Source: Candidatus Parcubacteria bacterium
Lineage (GTDB): Bacteria > Patescibacteriota > Patescibacteriia > UBA1558 > GWA2-36-10
Assembly (NCBI GenBank): GCA_018664825.1
Contig: JABJNO010000010.1
Span: forward strand, 8,832 to 72,831
DNA length: 64,000 bases
Direction of reading: 5' to 3'
Below are positions 39,376 to 48,245 of this stretch, one piece after another. Each line of letters starts with the position of its first letter. Positions within the stretch are counted from its first letter, which is position 1. The position numbers and the translations under genes were made by a program. The notes beneath the pieces are model-generated. The model worked only from the letters and a program-made list of their open reading frames with translations, searched no databases and had not been told where the DNA came from.

Positions 39376-40764
39376 TTATTCCTTCACCAAATCTTGCTGA
39401 TGCAACAATAAGCTTCCTACCGCTATATCTAGGTATTTATTGATTTGTTGCAAAAAATTGAGTTGTTGGATTGAAAAAAGCTTATTATCGTTATCAATCA
39501 CTACAAAACCCAATAACTGCTGATTATAGAAAATTGGCAAAGAAATGTCAATCTGTCTATTTTTTAGCTCCTTCAAAAAAACATCATCTTTTTGAAGGTA
39601 ATCAATCTCAGCTGAAATAGCCATTTGGCGCTTTTTTTTGAAAAAACCTACCAATTGACTGTCATGACCAGTCACTAGTCTCTCGCCTGCTGGGAATATT
39701 TGATAAAAAGTTTCGGTATTACCTTTTTTGGAAAGATAAACAAACATCTCCTTAAAATCAACCACTTTACTAATCTCCCGACTAAAGCGAGTCAACAAAA
39801 CATCCAAATCACGGCTAGACCTCAGTACATCAGCCACCTTGTCCTCTGTCTTTTTTATATCACCATCAGGATCAATCAATAAACTAGATACCACTTTGTT
39901 GACCAAGCGAAATATTAGCGGAGCTGCCAGACCGATAAAAACCAAAAAATAAAAAATATTCATCCCTTGAGAAAAATCTATCTTTACCGAATTTGCCAAA
40001 GCAAAATATAAAAAGCTAAATATGCCACCCGTAATCAAGAGTCTCACCAAATCGATCAACGCTTGATAAAAAGATATTTTTATATCATAAAAACGATGCC
40101 TAAAAACAGCATAGGTAGTAAGTACTGCAAACAAAGCAGAACTATTGACTCCAATATAATAAAATTGATGAGTTCCTAGCAAAGGCATGATTATACTAAA
40201 CAGCAAGCTAAAGATCGCTGCCAGTCCGGTACCTACAAAAATATGATCAATTTGTTTTTTGACAACTAGTCCAGCATTGGCTCTGTTTTTGATCAAAAAG
40301 TAAAGTCCATAAGTCATCAATATAGCAAAATAAACTCCAAAAAAATAATAAAGTATTCCTGAGGTATAAGAGATGACTTGATTTTCCAATACAATCTGAC
40401 TGAGGTTGTAATCAGAAAATACAAATCCAGACATTATGATAGCCGGTGCCCAAAGCGATGCTTTTTTCCAGTACTCGACTTCTGACCATTTACCAAAAAT
40501 AGAAAACACCAACAAAACAAATGCTGGTGCCAAATACAATGTTGGTAACAATCCTCCTCGTACCATATAAAGTAATGCTTCCGGATTGCCCATAAAAAAG
40601 ATCACATCGAGTAGTTCGCTGGCCTGCCAAATAGCAAGCAAAGAAATCATCAAAAATAATGCTGGACAACATCTTTTCTTTTTATTAAAAGCAATATAAA
40701 TCAACAATATGATGTTGATAAAAAAAACTACTGCTAAAACTAAGGTTGATAATGCCATATGCAA
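39376..40764 (-). CDS. Membrane sensor-like protein (7TM N-domain plus cytoplasmic GAF-like domain, no kinase core)
   Basis: Polytopic N-terminal about 300 aa, then a soluble domain. Lacks H-box and ATPase motifs. Confidence 0.45.
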   Translation of the reverse strand: MHMALSTLVLAVVFFINIILLIYIAFNKKKRCCPALFLMISLLAIWQASELLDVIFFMGNPEALLYMVRGGLLPTLYLAPAFVLLVFSIFGKWSEVEYWKKASLWAPAIIMSGFVFSDYNLSQIVLENQVISYTSGILYYFFGVYFAILMTYGLYFLIKNRANAGLVVKKQIDHIFVGTGLAAIFSLLFSIIMPLLGTHQFYYIGVNSSALFAVLTTYAVFRHRFYDIKISFYQALIDLVRLLITGGIFSFLYFALANSVKIDFSQGMNIFYFLVFIGLAAPLIFRLVNKVVSSLLIDPDGDIKKTEDKVADVLRSSRDLDVLLTRFSREISKVVDFKEMFVYLSKKGNTETFYQIFPAGERLVTGHDSQLVGFFKKKRQMAISAEIDYLQKDDVFLKELKNRQIDISLPIFYNQQLLGFVVIDNDNKLFSIQQLNFLQQINKYLDIAVGSLLLHQQDLVKE

Positions 40765-40838
40765 AATTTAGGCGCCTGTTTTTAAAAGCCGTCTGTATTA
40801 AATATAGTAAAAATAGATGTTTTTAGCAAGAAAAATAG

Positions 40839-41570
40839 TTAAGATTTTACTTGATTCATGACAATACCTGCTGCTACCGAAGCATTTAATGACTCTGCCT
40901 GACCATGTTTGATAATTTTAAATCGTTTATCAGCCATTTCTTTTATGGTCGTTGATACTCCTTTGGCCTCGTTGCCTATTACTAGTGCGATTTTATCTTT
41001 CTTGTTGAAAGTAGACTCTTCTCCTGCTAGATCTGTCACAACGATTTTGTATCTAGCTTTTTTGAGCTCTGATATCAACCAAGGCAAATCTACATCCGAA
41101 AAAATATTTACATTAAATATTGATCCCATAGTAGCAGAGATTACTTTTGGGTTGTAAGCCTCAACACAGTTGGTACTCAAAAATATATTACGAAAGCCAA
41201 ACCAATCAGCCGTCCTGATGATGGTACCCAAATTGCCTGGATCCTGTATACCATAGAGCAGTAATACGTCTTTGGGGTTGTAGGTAAAATCTTTTTCTTC
41301 AGGTATAGCAAACAAAGCCGCCAGGCCCTGAGGACTTACTTGATTAGAAACTTTTGCAAAATCTTTTTCTGAAAGCCTGATAACATTTTTAAAAACCGAA
41401 ACATCTTCGTTTTGATCAAAAAAATTATCAGTCACATAGATAGAATCCAATAGTGGGTTTCGATATTCTTCAAAAATAACTTTTGGATTTTCTATCAAAA
41501 ACTTTTTGTGCAAATCACGATGTTTTTTCTTTTTAAGTTTTACCAAAAAATCTACTTGGGTTTTACTCAT
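40839..41570 (-). CDS. SpoU/TrmH-family RNA 2'-O-methyltransferase
   Basis: LLLYGIQDPGNLGTIIRTADWFGF SpoU motif. 243 aa. Confidence 0.8.
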   Translation of the reverse strand: MSKTQVDFLVKLKKKKHRDLHKKFLIENPKVIFEEYRNPLLDSIYVTDNFFDQNEDVSVFKNVIRLSEKDFAKVSNQVSPQGLAALFAIPEEKDFTYNPKDVLLLYGIQDPGNLGTIIRTADWFGFRNIFLSTNCVEAYNPKVISATMGSIFNVNIFSDVDLPWLISELKKARYKIVVTDLAGEESTFNKKDKIALVIGNEAKGVSTTIKEMADKRFKIIKHGQAESLNASVAAGIVMNQVKS

Positions 41571-41611
41571 ATGCTTATTTTATCAATTAATATTATAGCA
41601 TTTTTAAAAAA

Positions 41612-41647
41612 TAAAAGCCCGTCTTTTTTTGAAGACGGGCTGTTTTG
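41612..41647. terminator. Bidirectional hairpin terminator
   Basis: AAAAGCCCGTCTTTTTTTGAAGACGGGCTGTTTT. Confidence 0.65.
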
Positions 41648-41648
41648 G

Positions 41649-41724
41649 GCCCGGATACTGGATTCGAACCAATGACCTCTTCCGTTTTTAGGGGAAGCGC
41701 TCTATCCTGCTGAGCTAATCCGGG
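41649..41724 (-). tRNA. tRNA with an atypical 9-nt anticodon loop (isotype undetermined), genomically encoded CCA
   Basis: Minus-strand tRNA: acceptor CCCGGAT/ATCCGGG, D-arm GCTC-AGCAGGATA-GAGC, T-arm ATTGG-TTCGAAT-CCAGT, discriminator C then CCA. The anticodon stem CTTCC/GGAAG encloses CCUAAAAAC (9 nt instead of 7). Confidence 0.55.
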
Positions 41725-41848
41725 AATTTGATGTAGTGAGCTTGAAAAGAAGCGGAACCAGAACTTCTTGGCTTTTTTTGTTGCCCCTGCAAATCAAGTT
41801 TTGGGAGCGCCTCCCAAGACCGACCTACAAGTCAAGCCCACCGTTTTG

Positions 41849-41947
41849 TGGAGCCCACTGACGGATTCGAACCGCCGACCGCTTGATTAGTCTTTAGGTT
41901 TGTACCTGACCAGACCTCAAGTGCTCTACCAACTGAGCTAAGTGGGC
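41849..41947 (-). tRNA. tRNA-like gene with a 23-nt insertion in the anticodon arm, CCA encoded
   Basis: GCCCACT-TA-GCTCAGTTGGTAGAGC-A-CTTGA[GGTCTGGTCAGGTACAAACCTAAAGACTAA]TCAAG-CGGTC-GGCGGTTCGAATCCGTC-AGTGGGC-T-CCA. The D and T arms are canonical, but the anticodon region is 30 nt. Confidence 0.5.
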
Positions 41948-42304
41948 TATAGAATCTTTCTCGTCTATAAAAAGAGGCCGGATGAAAAGGATATATAATC
42001 CTCGATGTTCATTGTTGTGCAGCCACCTAAGCACCAGAACACCCCTAGACGGGATAAGGTTCATCCGGCGATGATAGGGCTGGGTGTCGGAGACATATTG
42101 TCTCAATGTTCATTGTTTACCGCCCTCGCCTTTGGCAGTAAGTGAACATTTTTACAACACCCAGCTGTACGATTTCGGTGCAAAACGAAGAGGTGCTGGG
42201 GAATCAAATTTGATCAATCCCCGGAAACTTCAGGACTACTTTTGAGAAAAGCCTATTTATCTGGACAAAAATAGTTAGAAGGATCTTTACAGCACCTCGA
42301 TTCT

Positions 42305-42379
42305 ATAAAATTGGCACCCCCAGCAGGATTCGAACCCGCGACGCCTGGTTTTGGAGACCAGCGCTCTAACCGGACTGAG
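42305..42379 (-). tRNA. tRNA-Trp (anticodon CCA)
   Basis: GCCCCCA-TA-GCTC-AGTCCGGTTA-GAGC-G-CTGGT-CTCCAAA-ACCAG-GCGTC-GCGGG-TTCGAAT-CCTGC-TGGGGGT-G(CCA). Anticodon loop CU-CCA-AA. Confidence 0.85.
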
Positions 42380-42522
42380 CTATGGGGGCGCCTATTCACA
42401 TGAAAACGAACTATTAAAGCATAGTCTATAATACCACAGGCTAATCTTTTGTCAATAGCCATAAAACCCCTATAAACAAAGGATTTGTCTAAAATATAGC
42501 TAAAATAAGAGGCTTTTACCCC

Positions 42523-42551
42523 TTGACAAAAATACACATATATGTTAGTAT
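42523..42551 (+). promoter_or_regulatory. Sigma-70-type promoter (TTGACA, 17-nt spacer, TAGTAT)
   Basis: Exact -35 TTGACA at 42523-42528 and -10 TAGTAT at 42546-42551 with a 17-nt spacer. It faces a terminator about 120 nt downstream, and there is no CDS between them. Confidence 0.55.
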
Positions 42552-42557
42552 GCAATC

Positions 42558-42703
42558 ACTGTGCCCTTCTTAAGGGTTGTTTGAAAGGTTTCAGTACTTG
42601 TGTGCATTTTGAAACCGCCAGCAGTCTAGACTGCTCAACAAGGATGGTGTCACAATGCCCGATCATATCGCCCCCGTTAGTTTACTAGCGGGGGCCTTTT
42701 TTT
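42558..42703 (+). ncRNA. Candidate small non-coding RNA (about 145 nt), unclassified
   Basis: Bounded by the promoter above and the intrinsic terminator GCCCCCGTTAGTTTACTAGCGGGGGC + T7 at 42670-42703. Internal hairpins: GCCCUUCUUAAGGGU, GGUUUCA...UGAAACC, and the palindrome GCAGUCUAGACUGC. No ORF. Confidence 0.4.
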
Positions 42704-42718
42704 AATAATAATCATAAA

Positions 42719-43486
42719 TTATTTATGAGCAACCAAAGAACGAGCATATTCGATAAAATCAGGCATACTATTAGAAACACCCTCTGCCTGGCCTTTGATA
42801 AATTGAAACACTTCCGCTCCCACCTGATTTGGATCTTTATTGCCAGTATCTAAAGTTAAAAATAACTGTTCTGGTAAAAAATCACCAAACGTAACGAAGG
42901 CCTCATTTAAAGCCTTGATAACATCTTCGTCCTGCAAAAAATCCATAACCTTCCCTTGTCCAGAGGCTAAGTCAATTTCCTCACGTTCTCTTATTATTTT
43001 CTTATCAGCGGTAAAATGAATAAAACCGTTAGGAACAATAATATTTTTATCCTCCACCTCTCTTTGAAAAGCTTCTGCCAACCACAAAGCAGCTCCTTTA
43101 TAGCCAGTTTTTTGAGCTGCATATTCAAAGGCTATGCAACTTATTGGACCTCTATCAAAAACCACTAAATCACCCGGATTCTTAGCTAAATTACCAACAA
43201 GATTATCTGTCCTTCTTTTTTCAAGATCAATTATACGCTGTATGGATTTTTTTATATCAGATATATCCTCTCTAGGAAATGCAGGTAAAGAGCCCATGAC
43301 TGTATATTCTGGAACAACTATAATGCCCTTTTCTCTAATAGATTCTACACTTTTCATAGCTTCTATGGTACTTGTTTTCCCTACATAAGATTCGCCCTCA
43401 ATGGCATTTCCTATGACATTTTTTTCTATCATATGATTCATTAAATAATAATAATATAACATTACAACATAAAAACTATCTTGCAA
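42719..43486 (-). CDS. P-loop nucleoside/nucleotide kinase-like protein
   Basis: Walker A AIEGESYVGKTST resembles the deoxynucleoside/thymidylate kinase P-loop. The true start is probably the internal Met (MIEKNV). Confidence 0.4.
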   Translation of the reverse strand: MQDSFYVVMLYYYYLMNHMIEKNVIGNAIEGESYVGKTSTIEAMKSVESIREKGIIVVPEYTVMGSLPAFPREDISDIKKSIQRIIDLEKRRTDNLVGNLAKNPGDLVVFDRGPISCIAFEYAAQKTGYKGAALWLAEAFQREVEDKNIIVPNGFIHFTADKKIIREREEIDLASGQGKVMDFLQDEDVIKALNEAFVTFGDFLPEQLFLTLDTGNKDPNQVGAEVFQFIKGQAEGVSNSMPDFIEYARSLVAHK

Positions 43487-43494
43487 ACGAAAGA

Positions 43495-44868
43495 TTACCT
43501 TTCCGTTTTTGGCTTATTTGGCTCTTTTTTAGTAAATAAATAATTTATCTTTGCCACTAGACTGACAATTGGTGGCATACTATGCAAAAAGATTGCCGGA
43601 AAACTAAACAAAATTAACCAAAAATAATCTCGATGTTTAATACGAAATGACTTGTCTATTTTTTTATTAGTAAACAAAACCAAAACATAGCTAAGTGGAC
43701 CATAAAAGAAGAATAATATAAGCACTCCTAAAAATAATTCATAATCATATATCATCAGAGGATATAAAAAGCTGAACAAAAATAACCAGGCCATAAACAA
43801 CCAAGCAAGAGCAGGGAGAATACCCTGAAAGCTAAACCATTTCAAAATTAATAAACTTGAATAATTTGGAAATTTATCTTTAAAAAAATTTTCATAACTA
43901 AGATGATCCATTGGACCAAAAAACCAAACATATTTTTGTTTTAAAGCTGACATAAAAGTTGCTGGGGCTTCTGCTTTTTCCAAAACAGGCACTGGATTTA
44001 TCGCTTCACCCAATGATGATAATATATAGCCAAAAAATAAATCTTCAGTCATGGTAATGGTTGGCATAGCTTTTATTTTTTTCAAAAAATCTAAACGTAA
44101 AAACAAGCCATGCCCAACACAATGAGACAAAAAAAACCTTTTTTTAAAATGATTTATAAAAAACGACTGCCTCAACAATCTAGGTATTTCATGAGCCAAT
44201 GTCCAGCGACTATGTAAAACCGCATTAGCCATCAAATATTTTTTGGTAAAAAAGTTATTTTTTGATTTAAAGTCAAAAAAATTGTCAAAAAACAAAGCTG
44301 ATTGCTGAAACACCCTTCGACTCCTGTCCTTAGCCAAAAAGGAAATAGTAGAAAAAGTATTTAAATCTGGTCGTGAGTCAGCATTGTACAGGGCTACAAA
44401 TATATCTCCAAAATCTTTCTTGTACTTTTTTAAAATATAATCAAAAGAATAATTTACCTGATGTACCATTTTGCCATCAACCAGAGGATAATGCAAGTGC
44501 GTAATAATCTGTCTGTTGTATTTTTTGTTGATCTCTTTTTTTAATTTATCTATAAGGTCAATAGTTGTTTTTTTATTTAAACTTTTGACACCCACATCTT
44601 TAATTTCTTTTTCTGTTGATACCAATATTATATCAAGTTTGGCGAGATCATAATTCATCGACAAAAAATAAGTCAAAGTCTTTTTTAATATTTTCTGTTC
44701 TCTAAGTACGGGAATAATAACTATAAAATTTTTATTTTTTACTTTTTGTTTACTATGTATTTTTTGACGACTAAACGTAAGCCATGCCAAAGTAATCGCC
44801 AACATAATATTTGAATATATTGTACGTAATAAAATTATACTAATGACTAATAAAAATATAATTTCCAT
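43495..44868 (-). CDS. Membrane-bound family-2 glycosyltransferase
   Basis: N-terminal GT-A region (FIVIIPVLREQ) plus C-terminal multi-TM region. 457 aa. Confidence 0.55.
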   Translation of the reverse strand: MEIIFLLVISIILLRTIYSNIMLAITLAWLTFSRQKIHSKQKVKNKNFIVIIPVLREQKILKKTLTYFLSMNYDLAKLDIILVSTEKEIKDVGVKSLNKKTTIDLIDKLKKEINKKYNRQIITHLHYPLVDGKMVHQVNYSFDYILKKYKKDFGDIFVALYNADSRPDLNTFSTISFLAKDRSRRVFQQSALFFDNFFDFKSKNNFFTKKYLMANAVLHSRWTLAHEIPRLLRQSFFINHFKKRFFLSHCVGHGLFLRLDFLKKIKAMPTITMTEDLFFGYILSSLGEAINPVPVLEKAEAPATFMSALKQKYVWFFGPMDHLSYENFFKDKFPNYSSLLILKWFSFQGILPALAWLFMAWLFLFSFLYPLMIYDYELFLGVLILFFFYGPLSYVLVLFTNKKIDKSFRIKHRDYFWLILFSFPAIFLHSMPPIVSLVAKINYLFTKKEPNKPKTER

Positions 44869-44872
44869 ATGT

Positions 44873-46123
44873 TTATTTATTTGCTAATTCTTTTGTTATC
44901 GTCTCCCAAACTTTCTGATAATTTTTACCAGTCTGAATTTCAGTGGCCTTGATCCCTTTTTTTATACCCACAAAAAAAATAGACCTTCTCTTTTGTTTGT
45001 CTTTAATTATCTTAAGTGGAGTAGTAGAAAAAACCTTCGCCTCTTCAACAAATATTTTGTACTGATTTCTTGCAAATTCCAATCCCAATTTTATAGATAT
45101 TTTTAGATAAAAAGAAAAAAAACTACCCACTTCTATCGTATGAAACTCATCATCTGACATACGACCACCGGTATTATTTCTTTTCTTTTGAGCAAAATCC
45201 ACCATTTGACCAATGGTGTATTTCAAACCTTTTATTTTTTTATGATAATATCTTCTGTCAAATTTATCTCTTGTTTTGTTACCATATTTTAAGTGTAGAC
45301 ACGATATTTTTGGATCAGGCTGATGATACATACCAAAACCCTTTTTTTGCATTTTATAAGAAAGCTCAATGTGTTCGGAATAGCTAGATGGCCACATATC
45401 TAAATTTACATAATTACCCGCTTTTAAAATTAAGCTCTTATCTGACAAATTAACACCTTTAAATGTATCTACTCTAATAGGTTGCAAAATCACCTTACTT
45501 TTATCCAGATAACGAGGGGATTTTATATACTCTAAGGGCAACTTATCAAACTCGTGATAAAAAAATGTTTTATCAAGCATAACTTTACCGATATCTTTAC
45601 GTTTGACTGTGAATTTTGGGTAAATACTTTTTTCATAAACGGGAAAATTTATTACAGCAATTTTTTTACCTGGTTTTTGTTCTTTGAGCATTTGATAAGT
45701 TAATATCGAACCCAGCAAAAAATATTTACTATACAAACAATCATCATCTCCCATAAAAACCAAATTATTTTTGGTATAGCCCAAGCCAATCTTTCTACTA
45801 CCAGAACAGCCTAGGCGTTTATTGCTCTTTATATATTTTATTTTTATACCATAACGATGACACAGCCAATCAATAGTCGCTTTTGTATAATCATCTGAAC
45901 AATCGTCTACCACAACAAAATCTTCCACTTGATACAAGTGATTGTTTAGCAAAGTTTGAAAAGACCAGGTTAGGGGATTTTTTTGTGGATCAAAAAAGGG
46001 ACATCTGTTGCGGGTAACAAAAAGCCAACTAGCAGCTGGCAATTGCTTGCTATCTTTATATAATTTCAAAAAAGATCTATTGTTCAAAAATTTATTTAAT
46101 TGTTTTTTTTTAATATACATCAA
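44873..46123 (-). CDS. Family-2 glycosyltransferase
   Basis: FVVVDDCSDD...MGDDDC are GT2 DxD-type motifs. Confidence 0.6.
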   Translation of the reverse strand: MMYIKKKQLNKFLNNRSFLKLYKDSKQLPAASWLFVTRNRCPFFDPQKNPLTWSFQTLLNNHLYQVEDFVVVDDCSDDYTKATIDWLCHRYGIKIKYIKSNKRLGCSGSRKIGLGYTKNNLVFMGDDDCLYSKYFLLGSILTYQMLKEQKPGKKIAVINFPVYEKSIYPKFTVKRKDIGKVMLDKTFFYHEFDKLPLEYIKSPRYLDKSKVILQPIRVDTFKGVNLSDKSLILKAGNYVNLDMWPSSYSEHIELSYKMQKKGFGMYHQPDPKISCLHLKYGNKTRDKFDRRYYHKKIKGLKYTIGQMVDFAQKKRNNTGGRMSDDEFHTIEVGSFFSFYLKISIKLGLEFARNQYKIFVEEAKVFSTTPLKIIKDKQKRRSIFFVGIKKGIKATEIQTGKNYQKVWETITKELANK

Positions 46124-46129
46124 TATTTA

Positions 46130-46831
46130 TTACCTATCAAAAACACTAGCAACTCTCAATACCTGAAATGCTTCTCTATAATCACCTAAAGTCATTGCCG
46201 CTCTATAGGCTGACAAATATTTGGCCTTGTCTCCTACAAAATCCGAAATATTTCCTGCCTGCAAGCTTTGAGATTTGTATATCTTGAGAGCGCTTATCTT
46301 TTTATCTATAAAACTTGAAATATCCTCTGTGTATTGATACCGCCCCAACGGTGTCCACACTTCATAAGCCAAAACATTTTTTACCCACCAAGTACATTTA
46401 CCATACTCAAAAAAATTGTTACTGCCAGCCATATCCAAGGCCCTCATAACCAACCTATTTGTCTCTGCGTGATCGGATGATTGCTCTCTTTCATGAGGTA
46501 AATAAACTAAATCTGGTTTTAGCATTCTGACTAATTTTATTATCTTTTTTACATTTTCCAAATCAAGATGATTTATTTGATTGTCTGGAATAGCTAAAAA
46601 ATACATATTATCTTTTGGAATGCCTAAAAATTTAGCCACAGCCAAGGCCTCTTTTTTCCTAACCTCTCCTAATTTTTTAGAATTAATTTTTGGACTAGCA
46701 TTCTCTCCAAAAGATAAATAGCATAAATACACATTATGACCATTACCCAGAGCCTTGGCTATACTACCTCCACAGCCCAATACTTCATCATCTGGGTGTG
46801 GTGCAAAACATAAAATATTATTTATTGCCAT
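46130..46831 (-). CDS. PIG-L/LmbE-family N-acetylglucosaminyl deacetylase
   Basis: ILCFAPHPDDEVLGCGG signature. Confidence 0.75.
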   Translation of the reverse strand: MAINNILCFAPHPDDEVLGCGGSIAKALGNGHNVYLCYLSFGENASPKINSKKLGEVRKKEALAVAKFLGIPKDNMYFLAIPDNQINHLDLENVKKIIKLVRMLKPDLVYLPHEREQSSDHAETNRLVMRALDMAGSNNFFEYGKCTWWVKNVLAYEVWTPLGRYQYTEDISSFIDKKISALKIYKSQSLQAGNISDFVGDKAKYLSAYRAAMTLGDYREAFQVLRVASVFDR

Positions 46832-46924
46832 ACAATATAACTTAATTGCTCTTTTTATAAAATATTACTATAATTATAGTACATAATCTAAGGAAAATAG
46901 TAAATAGCTAATTTTAGACAAATT

Positions 46925-47578
46925 ATGCAAAAAATTAATGCTAGAAAAATAAAAAAATTAGACTTAATATTATTTGATTTTCATAATACATTATCTAATT
47001 CTTTATTTTATACTGGCCTAGAAAAAGAGTACCCCGAAATATCCTACAAATTATCAAAAAATATATTCAATAATAAAAATAAAATTCCCATCCTAGAAAA
47101 ATGGATGAAAGGAAAATATACTTATAAAGAATTTAATAGAATTGTAGCAAAAGAAATAAAATGTAAACCAGCGATACTTGATTACCACTTAGAAAAAAGC
47201 GTCAAAAGAATGTCTTTGAATAAAGACTTAATTTATTTTGCAAAAAATATGAAAAAACGAGGTATAAAAGTTGTAATATTTACTGATAACATGGATCCAT
47301 TTAAAAAAATGGTAGTCCCCAATCTTAAACTTAACGATACCTTTGATAATATAATATCATCTTGGGATTATAAAATGTTAAAAGAGGAAAAAAATGGTAG
47401 ATTTGTAGATGTCATATTAAAACAAATGAAAATCGAAATTAAAAAAACCCTCCTAATAGACGACTCTTTGGGTATATCTAAAATTATAAGAAACAAGGGA
47501 GGACACAGCTATCTATACAAAGATTATAATAATGAATTTCCTAAATTCTATGCTTGGTTTACAAAAAAATTTTTATAA
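46925..47578 (+). CDS. Hypothetical protein, possibly HAD-like
   Basis: LILFDFHNTL is a weak HAD motif-I-like segment. Confidence 0.25.
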   Translation: MQKINARKIKKLDLILFDFHNTLSNSLFYTGLEKEYPEISYKLSKNIFNNKNKIPILEKWMKGKYTYKEFNRIVAKEIKCKPAILDYHLEKSVKRMSLNKDLIYFAKNMKKRGIKVVIFTDNMDPFKKMVVPNLKLNDTFDNIISSWDYKMLKEEKNGRFVDVILKQMKIEIKKTLLIDDSLGISKIIRNKGGHSYLYKDYNNEFPKFYAWFTKKFL

Positions 47579-48245
47579 TTTTACAAATCTCTGAAAATTG
47601 TACCTCAAAATTTAAACTATCCTTTATAGCATAACTAGCATACGACTCTCTAAAACTAACTTTTCTATCATTAAGTAAAGATATTGGGTCATTTTTTATT
47701 TTTTTGTAAATTTTTTTGCCAAGCAACTTTTCATGTAAATAAATTTTGAATTTTTCTTTATCCAGATCATCGATCAATATGTCATATATCTTATTTATAT
47801 CAAAAACGTCCTTAAATTCAGATCTATTTTCTTGAAAGATATTGCTAATTTTTTCGGCAAAAATATCCTCCAAAGAATGTGTCTTTACAGAAAAACCTTT
47901 TTTGTTATATTCCAAGCCTTTATCCTCCCAGCTAAACAACTTCGCTGATAAGGGATAAAAATCTATTTCCAAAATTACCTCTTTATCGTCTTTGATTATT
48001 ATTTTATTTGGATCAGCATCACAAACATATTTTTTATTCAGCTTAACCGCTATTTCCTCCACCACATCAAACAACTCTGATCTGAGCTGATAGTCCTCTA
48101 TAGTAAAATCCAAGTCATTTGAAAATACACGATCCAAGTTATAAATAAAAGACAAAGCAGCTCCACCTTCCAAATATAAATACTTACTGATATCCTTACT
48201 TGATAATAGATACAAAAATTGTAAAAAAATATTTTTATCGTTCAT
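47559..48245 (-). CDS. Nucleotidyltransferase-fold protein (AbiEii/DUF1814-like)
   Basis: LEGGAALSFIYNLDRVFSNDLDF matches the GG...R.S.DLDF motif of pol-beta-superfamily AbiEii-like nucleotidyltransferases. Confidence 0.45.
   Translation of the reverse strand: MNDKNIFLQFLYLLSSKDISKYLYLEGGAALSFIYNLDRVFSNDLDFTIEDYQLRSELFDVVEEIAVKLNKKYVCDADPNKIIIKDDKEVILEIDFYPLSAKLFSWEDKGLEYNKKGFSVKTHSLEDIFAEKISNIFQENRSEFKDVFDINKIYDILIDDLDKEKFKIYLHEKLLGKKIYKKIKNDPISLLNDRKVSFRESYASYAIKDSLNFEVQFSEICKIIKIFL

Noticed and set aside
41950-42300. Possible RNase P RNA, tmRNA or SRP RNA in the spacer between the tRNA genes
   Set aside because: I searched by eye for GGAAAGTCCGGGC / ACAGAAACCCGGCUUA (RNase P), the tmRNA tag-reading frame and terminal ...CUCCACCA with a tRNA-like 5' end, and the SRP GGAAGCAGCCAAGGCAG. 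None was convincingly present, and only a partial GCAGCCA was seen.
41894-42555. Minus-strand ORFs of 70 and 100 aa overlapping the tRNA cluster and spacer
   Set aside because: They overlap well-formed tRNA genes (tRNA-Trp; the tRNA-like gene with the insertion) and the promoter of the sRNA. Their translations are low-complexity nonsense.
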